Shown: positions 11,979 through 24,217 of the stretch, piece after piece
How the letters are laid out: each line of letters opens with the position of its first letter
How positions within the stretch are numbered: position 1 is the stretch's first letter
Assembly: GCF_035084215.1 (NCBI RefSeq)
Contig: NC_090368.1
Location: forward strand, 5,332,001 to 5,396,000
Reading direction: 5' to 3'
Length of the DNA stretch: 64,000 nt
DNA from: Heptranchias perlo
Lineage: Eukaryota
Notes under the pieces: model-generated
What the model saw: only the letters and a program-made list of their open reading frames with translations
What the model was told of the DNA's origin: nothing
The model's database searches: none
Program-made: the position numbers and the translations under genes

Positions 11979-12067
11979 ATACGCCTGCTCCGTGTGCTCT
12001 TATCTGCCTGTCTTCGACACAGTGGACATGTTGGCCGTTCACAGGTCAGGGAAGAAACACGTGGAAA
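11979..12067 (+). CDS. SCNM1: SCNM1 exon 3 (C2H2 matrin-type zinc finger)
   Basis: ttttttAG; YACSVCSYLPVFDTVDMLAVHRSGKKHVE; donor GTAAGT. Confidence 0.93.
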
Positions 12068-12149
12068 GTAAGTCAGCCGGGACACAATACCATACAAGAC
12101 GTGCATTTGACGGCGATGACGCACTTCGTTCAATTGCAGTTCCCTGCCC

Positions 12150-12523
12150 CACTCCAGCACAGAAATCCAGGCCGACCCTCTCGGTGCCAGTACTGAGGGA
12201 GTGCTGCACTGTCGGAGGGCCCCGTCTGCCCCTCTCGGGTGGATGTAAAAGATCCCACGGCCACTACTGGAAGAAGAGCAGGGGGGAGTTCTCCCCGGTG
12301 TCCTGGGCCCGATATTTATCCCTCAACCAACATCACTAAAAAACAGATGATCTGGTCATTATCACATTGCTGTTTGTGGGATCTTGCTGTGCATAAATTG
12401 GTTGCTGCTTCTGCGTTACAACAGTGACTACACGTCAAAAAAAACTTCATTGGCTGTAAAACGCTTTGGGACGTCCTGAGGTGGTGAAAGGCACTGTATA
12501 AATGCAAGTCCTTTCTTTCTTTC
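12150..12523 (+). mobile_element. Deu-domain SINE abutting the SCNM1 exon 4 acceptor
   Basis: Family match; the tail ataaatgcaagtcctttctttcttt runs directly into cAG at 12523-12525. Confidence 0.85.
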
Positions 12524-12525
12524 AG

Positions 12526-12635
12526 GTTTACAGCGTTTCTACGGCCACAAGCAGGGCCTTCGGCTTGAAATCCAGAAGCGGCGACACCAGCAGTACGTCC
12601 GAGAGGAGGAGTCGGGCGCAGCGGGGGCGAAGCAG
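12526..12635 (+). CDS. SCNM1: SCNM1 exon 4
   Basis: tttctttcAG; (S)LQRFYGHKQGLRLEIQKRRHQQYVREEESGAAGAKQ; donor GTAGAA. Confidence 0.88.
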
Positions 12636-13826
12636 GTAGAACCAGGGAGCGCGGCTCACCGCAGGATCGTTCCAGAGTGCTCCGAGCGGCAGGGCGGGAA
12701 GATGGGGAAAGCATGATATTATCCGGTCAGAGTACAGCAGATTACTGCCAAGCATCCTGGCGTGATCCAGGCAATCCCATAATACTTGAATTAGCACTGC
12801 GCGGAATTTGGCGTACGGAGGCGTGACGTCTCGAAACAAAAATGAACACGTTAGCGCCTCCATTAACGTCTCCGTAAACCTTGCTTCCCGCTGTCACGAT
12901 TTTTTTGGTCAAGCTTTTTCTCTCAATGTTTCCCATTATAAATTCCTACGTCAACGATTCCCCCATTGAAATTTGCTATGTAAACAGTCACGGTGTAGTT
13001 GCTGGCTCTGGTCACCAGATGGCGCTGTGGAGCGGGTTTCTGAAGCCCCTTCCCCAAATTCCGTCGTGTTCTTGTGCAATAAGCAACACTCGGTGCGTGG
13101 GGTTGGGGGGAGCTCCACCAGGAATATACAGTCGGCAAAGGACATGTTTGTGACTCCAAACCTTCCCGCAGCTTCGGAAATTTCAAATCCCCATTTGAAA
13201 TCCCAACGGACAAACCCGTTTGCAGGTGCAGTCCCAGAGCACAAACCCCTAGTCCGGGCACGAGAGGGTCAATCTCACAACTGGAATCATCGTCGGCCGC
13301 CTCGATGCGAACCTGACAGCGAGCCTTCCGCAGGATATTCGACTGTGGAGGGCGGCGGGGTCACACACGTGTGCAGGGATACCCCCCTCCGGCCGACATA
13401 TTTTGTTTTCCACCCTCGCTGTCCAACTGAGTCGAGAGTCAGCCTTCCTGTGCTCGTGTGGTCAGCCGGCCTGCAGCTAGCTCACTTTCTGTTTTAATTG
13501 ATCGCTAGGTCGATAATTGATGCTTGGTAGGAAGAATAGAAATGCAGGATATTTTTTGAAAGGTGAGCGATGAAGAAAAACGTTGGTAGTCAGAGGGATT
13601 TGGGTGTCCTCGTACATGAATCACAGGAAGTTAATATGCAGGTACAGCAAGCAGTTAGGGAGGCAAATGGCACGTTAGCCTTTATTGCAAGGAGGTTGGA
13701 GTATAAGAATGAGGAGGTCTTGCTGCAATTATGTAGGGCTTTGGTGAGACCTCACCTGGAGTACTGTGTACAGTTTTGGTCTCCTTATTTAAGGAAGGAT
13801 ATACTTGCCTTAGAGGCAGTGCAATG

Positions 13827-14600
13827 AACATAAGAACATAAGAAATAGGAGCTGGATTAGGCCAATCGGCCCCTCGAGCCTGCTCCGCCATTCAATAAGA
13901 TCATGGCTGATCTGATCCTAACCTCAAATCTAAATTCATGTCCAATTTCCTGCCCGCTCCCCGTAACCCCTAATTCCCTTTACTTCTAGGAAACTGTCTA
14001 TTTCTGTTTTAAATTTATTTAATGATGTAGCTTCCACAGCTTCCTGGGGCAGCAAATTCCACAGACCTACTACCCTCTGAGTGAAGAAGTTTCTCCTCAT
14101 CTCAGTTTTGAAAGAGCAGCCCCTTATTCTAAGATTATGCCCCCTAGTTCTAGTCTCACCCATCCTTGGGAACATCCTTACCGCATCCACCCGATCAAGC
14201 CCCTTCACAATCTTATATGTTTCAATAAGATCGCCTCTCATTCTTCTGAACTCCAATGAGTAGAGGCCCAATCTACTCAACCTCTCCTCATATGTCCGCC
14301 CCCTCATCCCCGGGATTAACCGAGTGAACCTTCTTTGCACTGCCTCAAGAGCAAGTATGTCTTTTCTTAAGTATGGACACCAAAACTGTATGCAGTATTC
14401 CAGGTGCGGTCTCACTAATACCTTATATAACTGCAGCAATACCTCCCTGTTTTTATATTCTATCCCCCTAGCAATAAAAGCCAACATTCCGTTGGCCTTC
14501 TTGATCACCTGCTGCACCTGCATACTAACCTTTTGATTTTCTTGCACTAGGACCCCCAGATCCCTTTGTACTGCAGTACTTTCCAGTTTCTCGCCATTGA
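13827..14600 (-). mobile_element. CR1 LINE 3' fragment, same young family as the 39-kb copy, interrupting an oppositely oriented CR1 (about 13530-13826 and 14601-14950, +)
   Basis: ORF 13936-14658 is nearly identical to the end of ORF 39545-40477; ttcttatg tail at about 13827-13845. Confidence 0.92.
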
Positions 14601-14977
14601 GATAATAACTTGCTCTCCGATTTTTCCCCTGGCTGGAGAGTCTAGAACTAGGGGGCACAGTCTCAGGACAAGGGGTCTGCCATTTAAGACTGAGATGAGG
14701 AGGAATTTCTTCACTCAGAGGGTTGTAAATCTTTGGAATTCTCTACCCCAGAGGGCTGTGGATGCTCAGTCGTTGAGTATATTCAAGGCTGAGATGGATA
14801 GATTTTTGGACTCTTGGGGAATCAAGGGATATGGGGATCGGGCGGGAAAGTGGAGTTGAGGTCGAAGATCAGCCACGATCTGATCGAATGGCGGAGCAGG
14901 CTCGAGGGGCCGAATGGCCTGCTCCCGCTCCTGTTTGTTATGCTCTTATGATAACCTGCTGCTTTCCCTCCCTGCAG

Positions 14978-15078
14978 ACGGCCGACGAGCTGGCACCACT
15001 GCTGAGACAAACCAGAAGGATTGCCCATCACGCCCTCCTGAAAGCAGCTCCCTACAACAGCTGCTGCAAGAGAAGGAG
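14978..15078 (+). CDS. SCNM1: SCNM1 exon 5
   Basis: ccctgcAG; TADELAPLLRQTRRIAHHALLKAAPYNSCCKRR; donor GTACTG. Confidence 0.92.
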
Positions 15079-15654
15079 GTACTGTGTGGTATTTTCTTGC
15101 CCACCTCCCGGGAATGAGTGAAAGGCCGGCAGTTATTGCCCCACCCTTAACTTCCCCCCTCGAGAAGATGGCGGTACGGCCTCCTCCTTCACACGCTGCA
15201 GTCCCGTGCGATTCTTTGTGGCGGTTTTGATACAACTTCACAGGCAGTTAAGAGTCTCTTAATATCACTTCCGCCTCAACCACTAACCCTGAGAGTGAAT
15301 CCCACAGCCTCGCAACTGTCTGCGTGACGAGGTTTCTCCTGCTCTCTGTTCTAAATGGCTCACATGCAACCTTGCAGCTACGGCCCCTCGTCCTGGACCC
15401 CTCGAGCGCTGCAAACGCTCCCATCACTTCGCCCCCTAATTCTAACAAAAATAAAAGACCCCAATTTTTTCAAGCCTTTGTTCCCGAGCTCTCTCCGTGA
15501 TCTGTTTCTCTCCTCGACTTTGCTCCCTTGTGTTTTTCCAACTGTGCTACAATGCTCTTAGCTTCCAGTTTTGAGTTGTGAGGAAGGGTTTCCCCCCTGA
15601 AATATTACCCTGACCCGCTGAATTTATGTCAGATTTTGGCCTTTGTTATATGTT

Positions 15655-16285
15655 TGCCTTTATTGCAAGGGGGGTTGGAGTGCAAGAGTAAGGAAGTATT
15701 ACTACAATTGTCCAGGGCTTTGGTGAGACCTCACCTGAAGTACTGTGTACAGTTTTGGTCTCCTTATCTAAGGAAGGATATTCTTGCCTTAGTGGGAGTG
15801 CAGCGAAGGTTCATTAGATTGATTCCTGGGATGAGAGGGTTGTCCTATGAGGAGAGATTGAGTAGAATGGGCCGATACTCTCTGGAGTTTAGGAGAATGA
15901 GAGGTGATCTCATTGAAACATATAAGATTCTGAGGGGGCTTGACAGGTTAGATGCTGAGAGGTTGTTTCCCCTGGCTGGAGAGTCTAGAACCAGGGGGCA
16001 AAGTCTCAGGATAAGGGGTCGGCCATTTAGGACTGAGATGAGGAGGAATTTCTTCACTCAGAGGGTTGTGAATCTTTGGAATTCTCTACTCCAGAGGGCT
16101 GTGGATGCTCAGTCATTGAGTATATTCAAGACTGAGATTGATAGATTTTTGGACTCCAGGGGAATCAAGGGATATGGGGATCGGGCGGGAAAGTGGAGTT
16201 GAGGTTGAAGATCAGCCACGATCTGATTGAATGGTGGAGCAGGCTCGAGGGGCCGAATGGCCTACTCCTGCTCCCATCTCTTATG
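15655..16285 (+). mobile_element. CR1 LINE 3' fragment
   Basis: ORF 15636-16202: LVRPHLKYCVQFWSPYLRKDI...RNFFTQRVVNLWNSL. Confidence 0.92.
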
Positions 16286-16844
16286 ATCTTATTTCCAAAC
16301 CTTGTGTATTTTTTTGTCCCCTTGGCCTTGCTGTGTCGCGATTCCGTCACCAGAGGGCACAGGAGTCTAATTTTTCCTTTTTAAAGCAGCTCGGCAGCAG
16401 CCCCCCATGGCCGACGTGAGGAGATGCAGGGCTGAAGTGGAGAGGCAGTGCCCACGGAGGGCCCGTCGCCGTCAGGGGCGACTGCCCCTCCCGTGCCTCG
16501 CCGATCCCTGTTTCCCGCCGCACAGCCGCAGGAAGACGAGCCCCTCCCCCAATCGCTGCTCGGTGACCCCTGAAGAAGGACAGGGTCGGGTACAGCCACT
16601 GTGCCTCTCACGGTCGAATAGCCCGCTTACGTCAGCCGACAGGAAGAGAGGCTGCTTGAACGAGGCATCCCCGGACCCCCCACCCCACCCCAGCACGCTC
16701 GTGAGGGTTACAGATCCCACGGCAGTATTCAAAGGAGAGCAAGCGGAGTTCTCCCGGGGGTCCTGGGCCAGGGTTCCACCCTCAACCAACACCACCATAA
16801 ACAGATTAACTTGTTCATTCATCTCTTTGCTGTTGGAAAACCCG

Positions 16845-17330
16845 AACATTGCATTTATATAGCGCCTTTCACCACCTCAAGCACTTTGCTGCCCATGAAG
16901 TACTTTTTGAAGTTGTAATGTGGGAAACGCGGCAGCTAATTTGCGCACAGCAAGATCCCACAAACAGCAGTGTGATGAATGACCAGGTAATCTGTTTTTT
17001 TTAGTGATGTTGGTCGAGGGATAAATATCGGCCCCAGGGCACCGGGGAGAACTCCCCCCCCCCCCCCCCCCCCCCGCTCTTCTCCCAGTAGCGGCCGCGG
17101 GATCTTTTACATCCACCCTAAAAAAGGCAGAGGGGGCCTCAGTTTAATGAATCACCTGAAAGACGGCGCCTCCGACAGGGCAGCACTCCCGCAGTACTGG
17201 CGCTGGGAGTGTCGGCCTGGATTATGTGCTCAAGACTCTGGAGTGGGGGCTCGAACCCACGGCCTTCTGAATCAGAGGCGAGAGAGAGAGAGAGAGAGAG
17301 AGTGCTGCCCACTGAACCACAGATGACACT
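16845..17330 (-). mobile_element. Deu-domain SINE
   Basis: Reverse-complement family match. Confidence 0.83.
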
Positions 17331-17521
17331 TAAAACAGATTAACTGCCCATTCGTCTCATTGCTGTTGGTGCAAAATGGCTGCCGTGTTGGTGCAAAATG
17401 GCTGCCGTGTTTGTCTACACAACGTAACGGCAGTCACTGAACTTCCAACACTAACTCACTTTTTGAGACCTAACGATGAAGCTTTCTCCCAGCGACCGCT
17501 AATGGTGTGTTGGTTTTCCAG

Positions 17522-17700
17522 GCCCGGGGAAGACGACCTTACCATCTCACCCTATCGCAGCGACACGACGGGCGTGAGTCAGCAAACGCCAGCGGGGGCC
17601 TCGCGCGACGTGACTGAGCCGCCAAGGGTCAGCGGTGGGCCCTCGAGCACGGACATGGTGCCAACGGCATCGCTGCCCGCAGGCGATGGGACACGGACAG
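17522..17700 (+). CDS. SCNM1: SCNM1 exon 6 (poorly conserved linker)
   Basis: ggttttccAG; PGEDDLTISPYRSDT...GDGTRT; donor GTAACA. Its phases (2 in, 1 out) exactly bridge exons 5 and 7. Confidence 0.75.
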
Positions 17701-17723
17701 GTAACAGGAACAAAGCATCGCGC

Positions 17724-18842
17724 GGGGAGGGAGAGGTCAGCACGGGGTCGGTCTAGGGGAGGGAGAGGTCGGCACGGGGTCAGTCTAGGGGAGGGAGAGG
17801 TCGGCACGGGGTCGGTCTAGGGGAGGGAGAGGTCAGCACGGGGTCAGTCTCGGGGAGGGAGAGGTCGGCACGGGGTCGGTCCAGGGGAGGGAGAGGTCGG
17901 CACGGGGTCGGTCCGGGGGAGGGAGAGGCAGCACGGGGTCAGCCTGGGGGAGGGAGAGGTCAGCACGGGGTCAGTCTAGGGGAGGGAGAGGTCGGCACGG
18001 GGTCTGCCTCGGGGAGGGAGAGGTCGGCACGGGGTCAGTCTCGGGGAGGGAGAGGTCGGCACGGGGTCGGCCTCGGGGAGGGAGAGGTCGGCACGGGGTC
18101 GGTCCAGGGGAGGGAGAGGTCGGCACGGGGTCGGTCCAGGGGAGGGAGAGGTCGGCACGGGGTCGGTCCAGGGGAGGGAGAGGTCGGCACGGGGTCGGTC
18201 CAGGGGAGGGAGAGGTCGGCACGGGGTCGGTCCAGGGGAGGGAGAGGTCGGCACGGGGTCGGTCCAGGGGAGGGAGAGGTCGGCACGGGGTCGGTCCAGG
18301 GGAGGGAGAGGTCGGCACGGGGTCGGTCCAGGGGAGGGAGAGGTCGGCACGGGGTCGGTCCCGGGGAGGGAGAGGTCGGCACGGGGTCGGTCCCGGGGAG
18401 GGAGAGGTCGGCACGGGGTCGGTCCAGGGGAGGGAGAGGTCGGCACGCGGTCGGTCCAGGGGAGGGAGAGATCGGCACGGGGTCGGTCCAGGGGAGGGAG
18501 AGGTCGGCACGGGGTCGGTCCAGGGGAGGGAGAGGTCGGCACGGGGTCGGTCCCGGGGAGGGAGAGGTCGGCACGGGGTCGGTCCCGGGGAGGGAGAGGT
18601 CGGCACGGGGTCGGTCCCGGGGAGGGAGAGGTCGGCACGGGGTCGGTCCAGGGGAGGGAGAGGTCGGCACGGGGTCGGTCCAGGGGAGGGAGAGGTCGGC
18701 ACGGGGTCGGTCCCGGGGAGGGAGAGGTCGGCACGGGGTCGGTCCCGGGGAGGGAGAGGTCGGCACGGGGTCGGTCCCGGGGAGGGAGAGGTCGGCACGG
18801 GGTCGGTCCCGGGGAGGGAGAGGTCGGCACGGGGTCTGTCTC
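17724..18842 (+). repeat. 32-bp G-rich minisatellite (about 35 units), SCNM1 intron 6
   Basis: Unit ggggagggagaggtcggcacggggtcggtcca. Confidence 0.97.
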
Positions 18843-19176
18843 GAGGAAGGAGGCCATTTGGCCCATCGTGCCTGTGCCAGCTCTTTGAAAGAACTACCAA
18901 TTAGTCCCACTCCACTGCAAATTACCCAATATATCCAAGTGGAGACCCACTGCACCATTTCCTATTCCTGAAAGGTTGGGAACTCCCCGCCTCTCCCCCT
19001 CTCTTTCCCCCCCCCCCCCCTCCCCTCGCCGCCTCCCCCCGACCTTCCCTCCGTCTTCCATCCATTCGGTATACCTCACCTTCTCTCCTACCTCTTCCTA
19101 TCTTGGGGCTACCCCGCGTGCCCCCCTCGGCCGATTGCCCCGAAAAACCCCTTCGCCTCTTTTTGCCGCCTCGCAG

Positions 19177-19312
19177 GTTCCCCCGGTTCGCACGCGGGGA
19201 GCGCCAGAAAGAAAAGCAGGAAGAAGGTCTCCAAGTCCCAGAAGCCACCGCAGTCGACGCCCGCGGACGCCGAGAAACGCAAGCTCATGGAGCATTACCT
19301 CAAGCTCAGAAG
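19177..19312 (+). CDS. SCNM1: SCNM1 exon 7
   Basis: cctcgcAG; SPGSHAGSARKKSRKKV...AEKRKLMEHYLKLR; donor GTGAGT. Confidence 0.88.
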
Positions 19313-19349
19313 GTGAGTCGCTGCCACCGGACATTATTGCAATGTTTGA

Positions 19350-19725
19350 AAGAAAGAACTTGCATTTATATAGCACCTTTCACAACCTCAGGACGTCCCA
19401 AAGCGTTTTACAGCCAGGGAAGTACTTCTGAAGTTGTAATATAGGAAACCCAGTAGCCTGTTTGCGCACAGCAAGATCCCACAAGCAGCAATGTGATAAT
19501 GACCAGATAATCTGCTTTTAATGATGTTGGTTGAGGGATAAATATCGGCCCCCAGGACACCGGGGAGAACTCCCCCCTGCTCTTCTTCCAATAGCGGCCG
19601 TGGGATCTTTTACGCCCACCTGAGAGGGGCAGACGGGGCCCTCGGTTTAACGTCTCATCCGAAAGACGGCACCTCCGACAGTGCAGCACTCCCTCAGCAC
19701 TGGCAGCGGGAGCGTCGGCCTGGAT
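19350..19725 (-). mobile_element. Deu-domain SINE
   Basis: Reverse-complement family match. Confidence 0.83.
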
Positions 19726-19872
19726 CGTGGGTTCAAAAGTATTTCATTGGCTGCGAAGCGCTTTGGGACGTCCTGAGGCGATAGAAATGCAAACTCTTTC
19801 CTTTATCCGAAATACAAACGTGCGTTTTTATTTCCGCAATCTAGTCTCTCCTTTCTTTGTTTGTGCTCTCAG

Positions 19873-19972
19873 CTCCGGCTGGATTCAGGACGGCCGCGGG
19901 AGATGGGTGCGGGACGAGAGGGTGGAGTTCGATTCGGACGAAGAGGAGCCTCCCCCGCTGTCGCTGCCCTGA
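19873..19972 (+). CDS. SCNM1: SCNM1 exon 8 (acidic C-terminus, stop)
   Basis: gctctcAG; SGWIQDGRGRWVRDERVEFDSDEEEPPPLSLP*. Confidence 0.94.
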
Positions 19973-22900
19973 AGTCCTTTGTGGGGGGGAATGGCCTCGC
20001 GGTGAGCTGACTGAACCCGCCCCGCCGCCCCGGGTTCTTTTGCCAATTATCTTAAATCCGTGTCCTCTGGTTCCCGACCCTCCTGCCACTGGAAACAGTT
20101 TCTCCTTGTTGACTCGATCGAAACCCTCCATGATTTCGAACGCCTCTTATCAAATCTTCCCTTAACCGTCTCTGCTGTGAGGAGAATCGTGGAGTGGTGG
20201 GAGCGAGACTTCACAGACGGGCTCCTTCGCTCCTCTCACCGCCCCCTCCTTCCATCCTGGTGCGTTCCTAGTTTCAGCCACCTGAGAAGGAGGGACCTCT
20301 CAGTCTGGGGGCAGTCAGTCAAGGTATGGCAATTGGGACGGGGGAACCGAAGGAGGAGGGAATTGTCCCCCTCGGGTGCGGCCGAGGGGCACCGAACGTC
20401 GCTACCCCGGACACCCACCACCTTGCCCAAGTAGCGATTGAGCCCGGCTGTCGAGTGTCGCCGGGCTATTCGACTGTGGCGTGCATCGCCTCCCAGCCCG
20501 TTCCCGTCCCCCCGGGGGCCCGGCATCCGACACAGACTGCCACTTCCCAGCGGCGGTCACTGGCCGGTGAGCAGGAGCTGATTTCTTTCTTTTTTTTTTC
20601 CCCCTTTCTCTCTTTTCCCCCTCCTCCCCAAGCTCAGGGGCAGTGAGGGTCAATTGTAGGAGTCCTACCGCTGCCCCAGGAGAGAGAGACTAATTCAGCA
20701 CGGGCCGGAGGGTGAATCTGGGGACCTTTCACTCCGTACGACTTAGCGCCACAGCGCGCGTGCCCTCTCGTGCCATGAGGGGAGACCCCTCGAGGGACCG
20801 TTTTAAGGGGAGCACGTCGCACAGCCCTGTACACTGGGGCAAATCGTGGGGAATGGTGGGAGGGGAATCAGTTGTCGGTTACACAGCCACCAAGCAGCTC
20901 GTGGGCTCCTCTTAGTGCCCGAGATAAGAACAGCATTGACTGAGGGAGCGGCTTATCTACCCACTGTACATGGGGGGAGAGAGAGAGAGAGAGAGAGAGA
21001 TTGAGATCTGGTATGGTCGGGGAGGGTGTTTGAAAAGCAACACTTAACTGTATCGGGTGCAAATAGTAAAAGGATGGAGGTTTAATCGTATGTGTGTCCG
21101 TGTGGGCTTCTGTCTCTGCCTCCTTAAAACCTACCTCTTCAACCAAGCTTTTGGTCACCTGTCCTAATATCTCCATCTTTAGCTCGGTGTCACACAGTGT
21201 CTGATAATCGCTCCCATGAAGCGCCTTGGGACGTTTTACTACGTTAAAGGCGCTGTATAAATGCAAATTGTGTGTCTTCATGCATGCGTTTGCAAGAGGG
21301 GGTGTGTGTGTGTGTGTGTCTTTGCGAGTGTGCGTTTGCGAGTGGTGTGTGTGTCTTTGCAGGCGTGCGTTTGCAAGTGTGCACGCACGTGTGTGTGGGT
21401 GCGTGTGTGTGTGTGTGTGTGTGTCCGTCCGTGTCTGTCTCTGTCTGTCTTGAAGAAACCAAAATAAGACTCTGGTCCCTCCACACTCCGTGGCCAAACA
21501 TGGATTTAAATTATTTTTATCCCAGGAGAACTGGATCTGTCACAGACGCCAAGCTCTCAGGTTACTAATCCTCCCCCCATCCTCAGTGACCGGACTGGAG
21601 GCCCGAGCCCGGCTGGAGCCTGCAGTCCGTGGATCGCAGCCTGATGCCTGGCGAGCAGTGAGTCGATGCCCGGTAGAGAAAAGCAGACGGCTTCCATTTC
21701 TCAGGAGACGAGGAGGGAATTTTCCGTTCTCCCCCCCCGCCACCACCCTCAAAGCTTCGGTGCAGCAGGCTCCTCCGCGATGCCCCATGCAGTTGAATAT
21801 CCCGCCGCCATCCGGGTTCACGTGTAAAGAACGGCCACCGAGGAGGTGGGGAGGGGGGGCACCTGTAACAATTCTACGACAGCACGGGTCCAGGGAGGAG
21901 GGGGAAACGAGGCCTGGTTGTACCAGGGACCCCTGTCCCGGGATTGTCCTGAGGTGTAAAGGAGCTAGAAATAGGCGGGGGAGTGGGGGAATGATAGGAC
22001 AGTCGGTGTGGCTCCTTTAAGACAATTCCTACAAAACCATAGGCCTGAAATCTCTCCGTCTACAATAACCTACCATTTCATTTGAAATTCCACTCTCTGC
22101 TATTTTAGTGGACACGTGCTTATTTAAAATAAGTTAGCACCTCCACTGTTATGGCAGAGCGAGGAATTTAAGCATTCACCCGGTTGCATCTCACAATGTG
22201 ATTTCAGGGCCGTAACTATTAAAAAGATCGATGGACAGATCTTGTTTCAGCCCGGACTGCGTTTTTTTTTTTTCCCTTTTTCCCTCCCCCTTTAAATGGA
22301 GTTTATTTTAGATTAGCGACCTGCCGTTTGCAGCAGTCACACGGAAAACCCCCACCCACCCACCCACGCACCGCCCCCAGCTCCAAGCCCAACGCCCGAT
22401 TTCCCACGGTTCCCCGGGGAGGACAGAGGCTAAAGCCAAGAGAGGGAGCGGCAGGGCAGTGGTGAATGGACGAACCAGGGCCTTTCACCACCTCAGGACG
22501 TCCCAAAGCGCTTTACAGCCAATTAAGTATTTTTGAAGTGTGGTCACTGTTGTAACGTGACAGCCAATTTGCGCACAGCAAGATCCCACAAACAGCCATA
22601 TTAACTAGATCATTTTTTTTTAGTGGTGTTGGTTGAGGGATTAAATACTTGGAAGGACAACGGGGAGAACTCCCCCCTGCTCTTCTTCCAATAGTGGCCG
22701 TGGGATCTTTTACGTCCACTCGAGAGGGGCAGACGGGGCCCTCTGTTTAACGTCTCATCCGAAAGACGGCACCTCCCGCAGTGCAGCGCTCCCTCAGTAC
22801 CGGCGCTGGGAGTGTCGGTCTGGGGCGGATGGCGGGGGGGGGTTTGTGAGGGGAGGGGAGAGGAGGGGACTGCAATCCAGCCGGAGTCAGCGCCCCGGAA

Positions 22901-23920
22901 TGGGCGAGAGGGAGAGAGAGAGAGAGAGAGCGAGCAAGGTAACCCAGGCACCGCTGCCATGTCATTGAAACTTGTCCTCCTTTTAAAGAGAGCCGGAGAG
23001 GGCGACAGGCTTGCATTTATGAGGACGCAGCTGCTCATATTTTGGCCCCAGCTGAGCTCGTCATGGGGGGTGGGGGAGGCCGGAATGCATGTCATCGGAG
23101 CAATCTGTGAGGGGCATGCATTCCGAACACGGTCACAGAGGTCCCTCTCCGATTAATAGAGCGGTGTAGCCCCAGTAATTAATTCGAGATAGACGACCCC
23201 CGAGAGGCTACTTTGAATGGGCTCCCAACTCGACAAGGCAGCTGATTCACACCACGGCTCGTACTGTTTTGGATTCCCATCGCTCCACCATTGGCGGCCG
23301 TGCCTTCAGCCGCCCGGGCCCTAAGCTCTGGAATTCCCTCCCTAAACCTCTCCGCCTCTCTCTCCTCCTTAAAACCTACCTCTTTGACCAAGCTTTTGCT
23401 CACCTGTCCTAATGTCTCATGTGGCTCGGTGTCAAATATTGTCTGATTTACGCTCCTGCAAAGCGCCGAGAGGGCGTTTTACTACGTTAAAGGCGCTATA
23501 TAAATGCAAGTTATTGTTCATTCCTATTTCGAGCCCTCAGGCCACAGGGATCTAATAGCAACCTGCCTTTATATAGACCCTCAATGCACTTCAGGCATGA
23601 TTAATTACTGCAGAGGGCAGTCACTTGCTCTGTAGACGTGTGTAGCAGCTATCTTGCACACAGCATGATCCTGCAGCACTTCCCTGAGATGAATGACCAG
23701 TTAATTTGTGTGCTGATTGAGGGAGGAATGTTGGCCAGGACACTGGGAGAACTCCCTGCTCTTCTATTAATAGAGCTGTGGGATCTTTTACATCACCTGA
23801 TTTAGGCAGTCGGGCCCTCTCATCGAAGGGGGCAGAGTGGCACTCAGACCTGTAAACATTTCGATCCAGAGGTGAGAGTGCTACCGACCGAGCCAGGCTC
23901 ACACAACTACAGTTCAGTTC

Positions 23921-24217
23921 AAGCTCCCTCTACACTGTCCCGTCAAACACTCCCAGGGCAGGTACAGGGTTAGATACAGAGTAAAGCTCCCTCTACACTG
24001 TCCCGTCAAACACTCCCAGGGCAGGTACAGGGTTAGATACAGAGTAAAGCTCCCTCTACACTGTCCCGTCAAACACTCCCAGGGCAGGTACAGGGTTAGA
24101 TACAGAGTAAAGCTCCCTCTACACTGTCCCGTCAAACACTCCCAGGGGCAGGTACAGGGTTAGATACAGAGTAAAGCTCCCTCTACACTGTCCTGTCAAA
24201 CACTCCCAGGGCAGGTC
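23921..24217 (+). repeat. 63-bp satellite array (about 4-5 units)
   Basis: Same unit. Confidence 0.95.

Larger units (their letters stand above)
9348..19972 (+). other. SCNM1: SCNM1 gene span (sodium channel modifier 1, zinc-finger splicing factor), 8 coding exons, 278 aa
   Basis: join(9348-9398,10441-10511,11979-12067,12526-12635,14978-15078,17522-17700,19177-19312,19873-19972) = 837 nt. All introns are GT-AG and phases are consistent. N-terminus MAFKREGDD and C-terminus EFDSDEEEPP are characteristic of SCNM1. Confidence 0.93.

Noticed and set aside
12795-13065. MITE bounded by CGGAATTTGG / CCAAATTCCG
   Set aside because: Only a 10-bp inverted match with no TSD. It is noted only as possible context for the CTCF-like repeat.
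9399-19872. U12-type introns in SCNM1
   Set aside because: No donor matches (G/A)TATCCTT; all look U2-type.
21800-22320. Muscle enhancer (MEF2-like CTAGAAATAG, CTATTTTAG and E-boxes) downstream of TMOD4
   Set aside because: The motifs are imperfect and short, so they cannot be separated from chance without conservation data.
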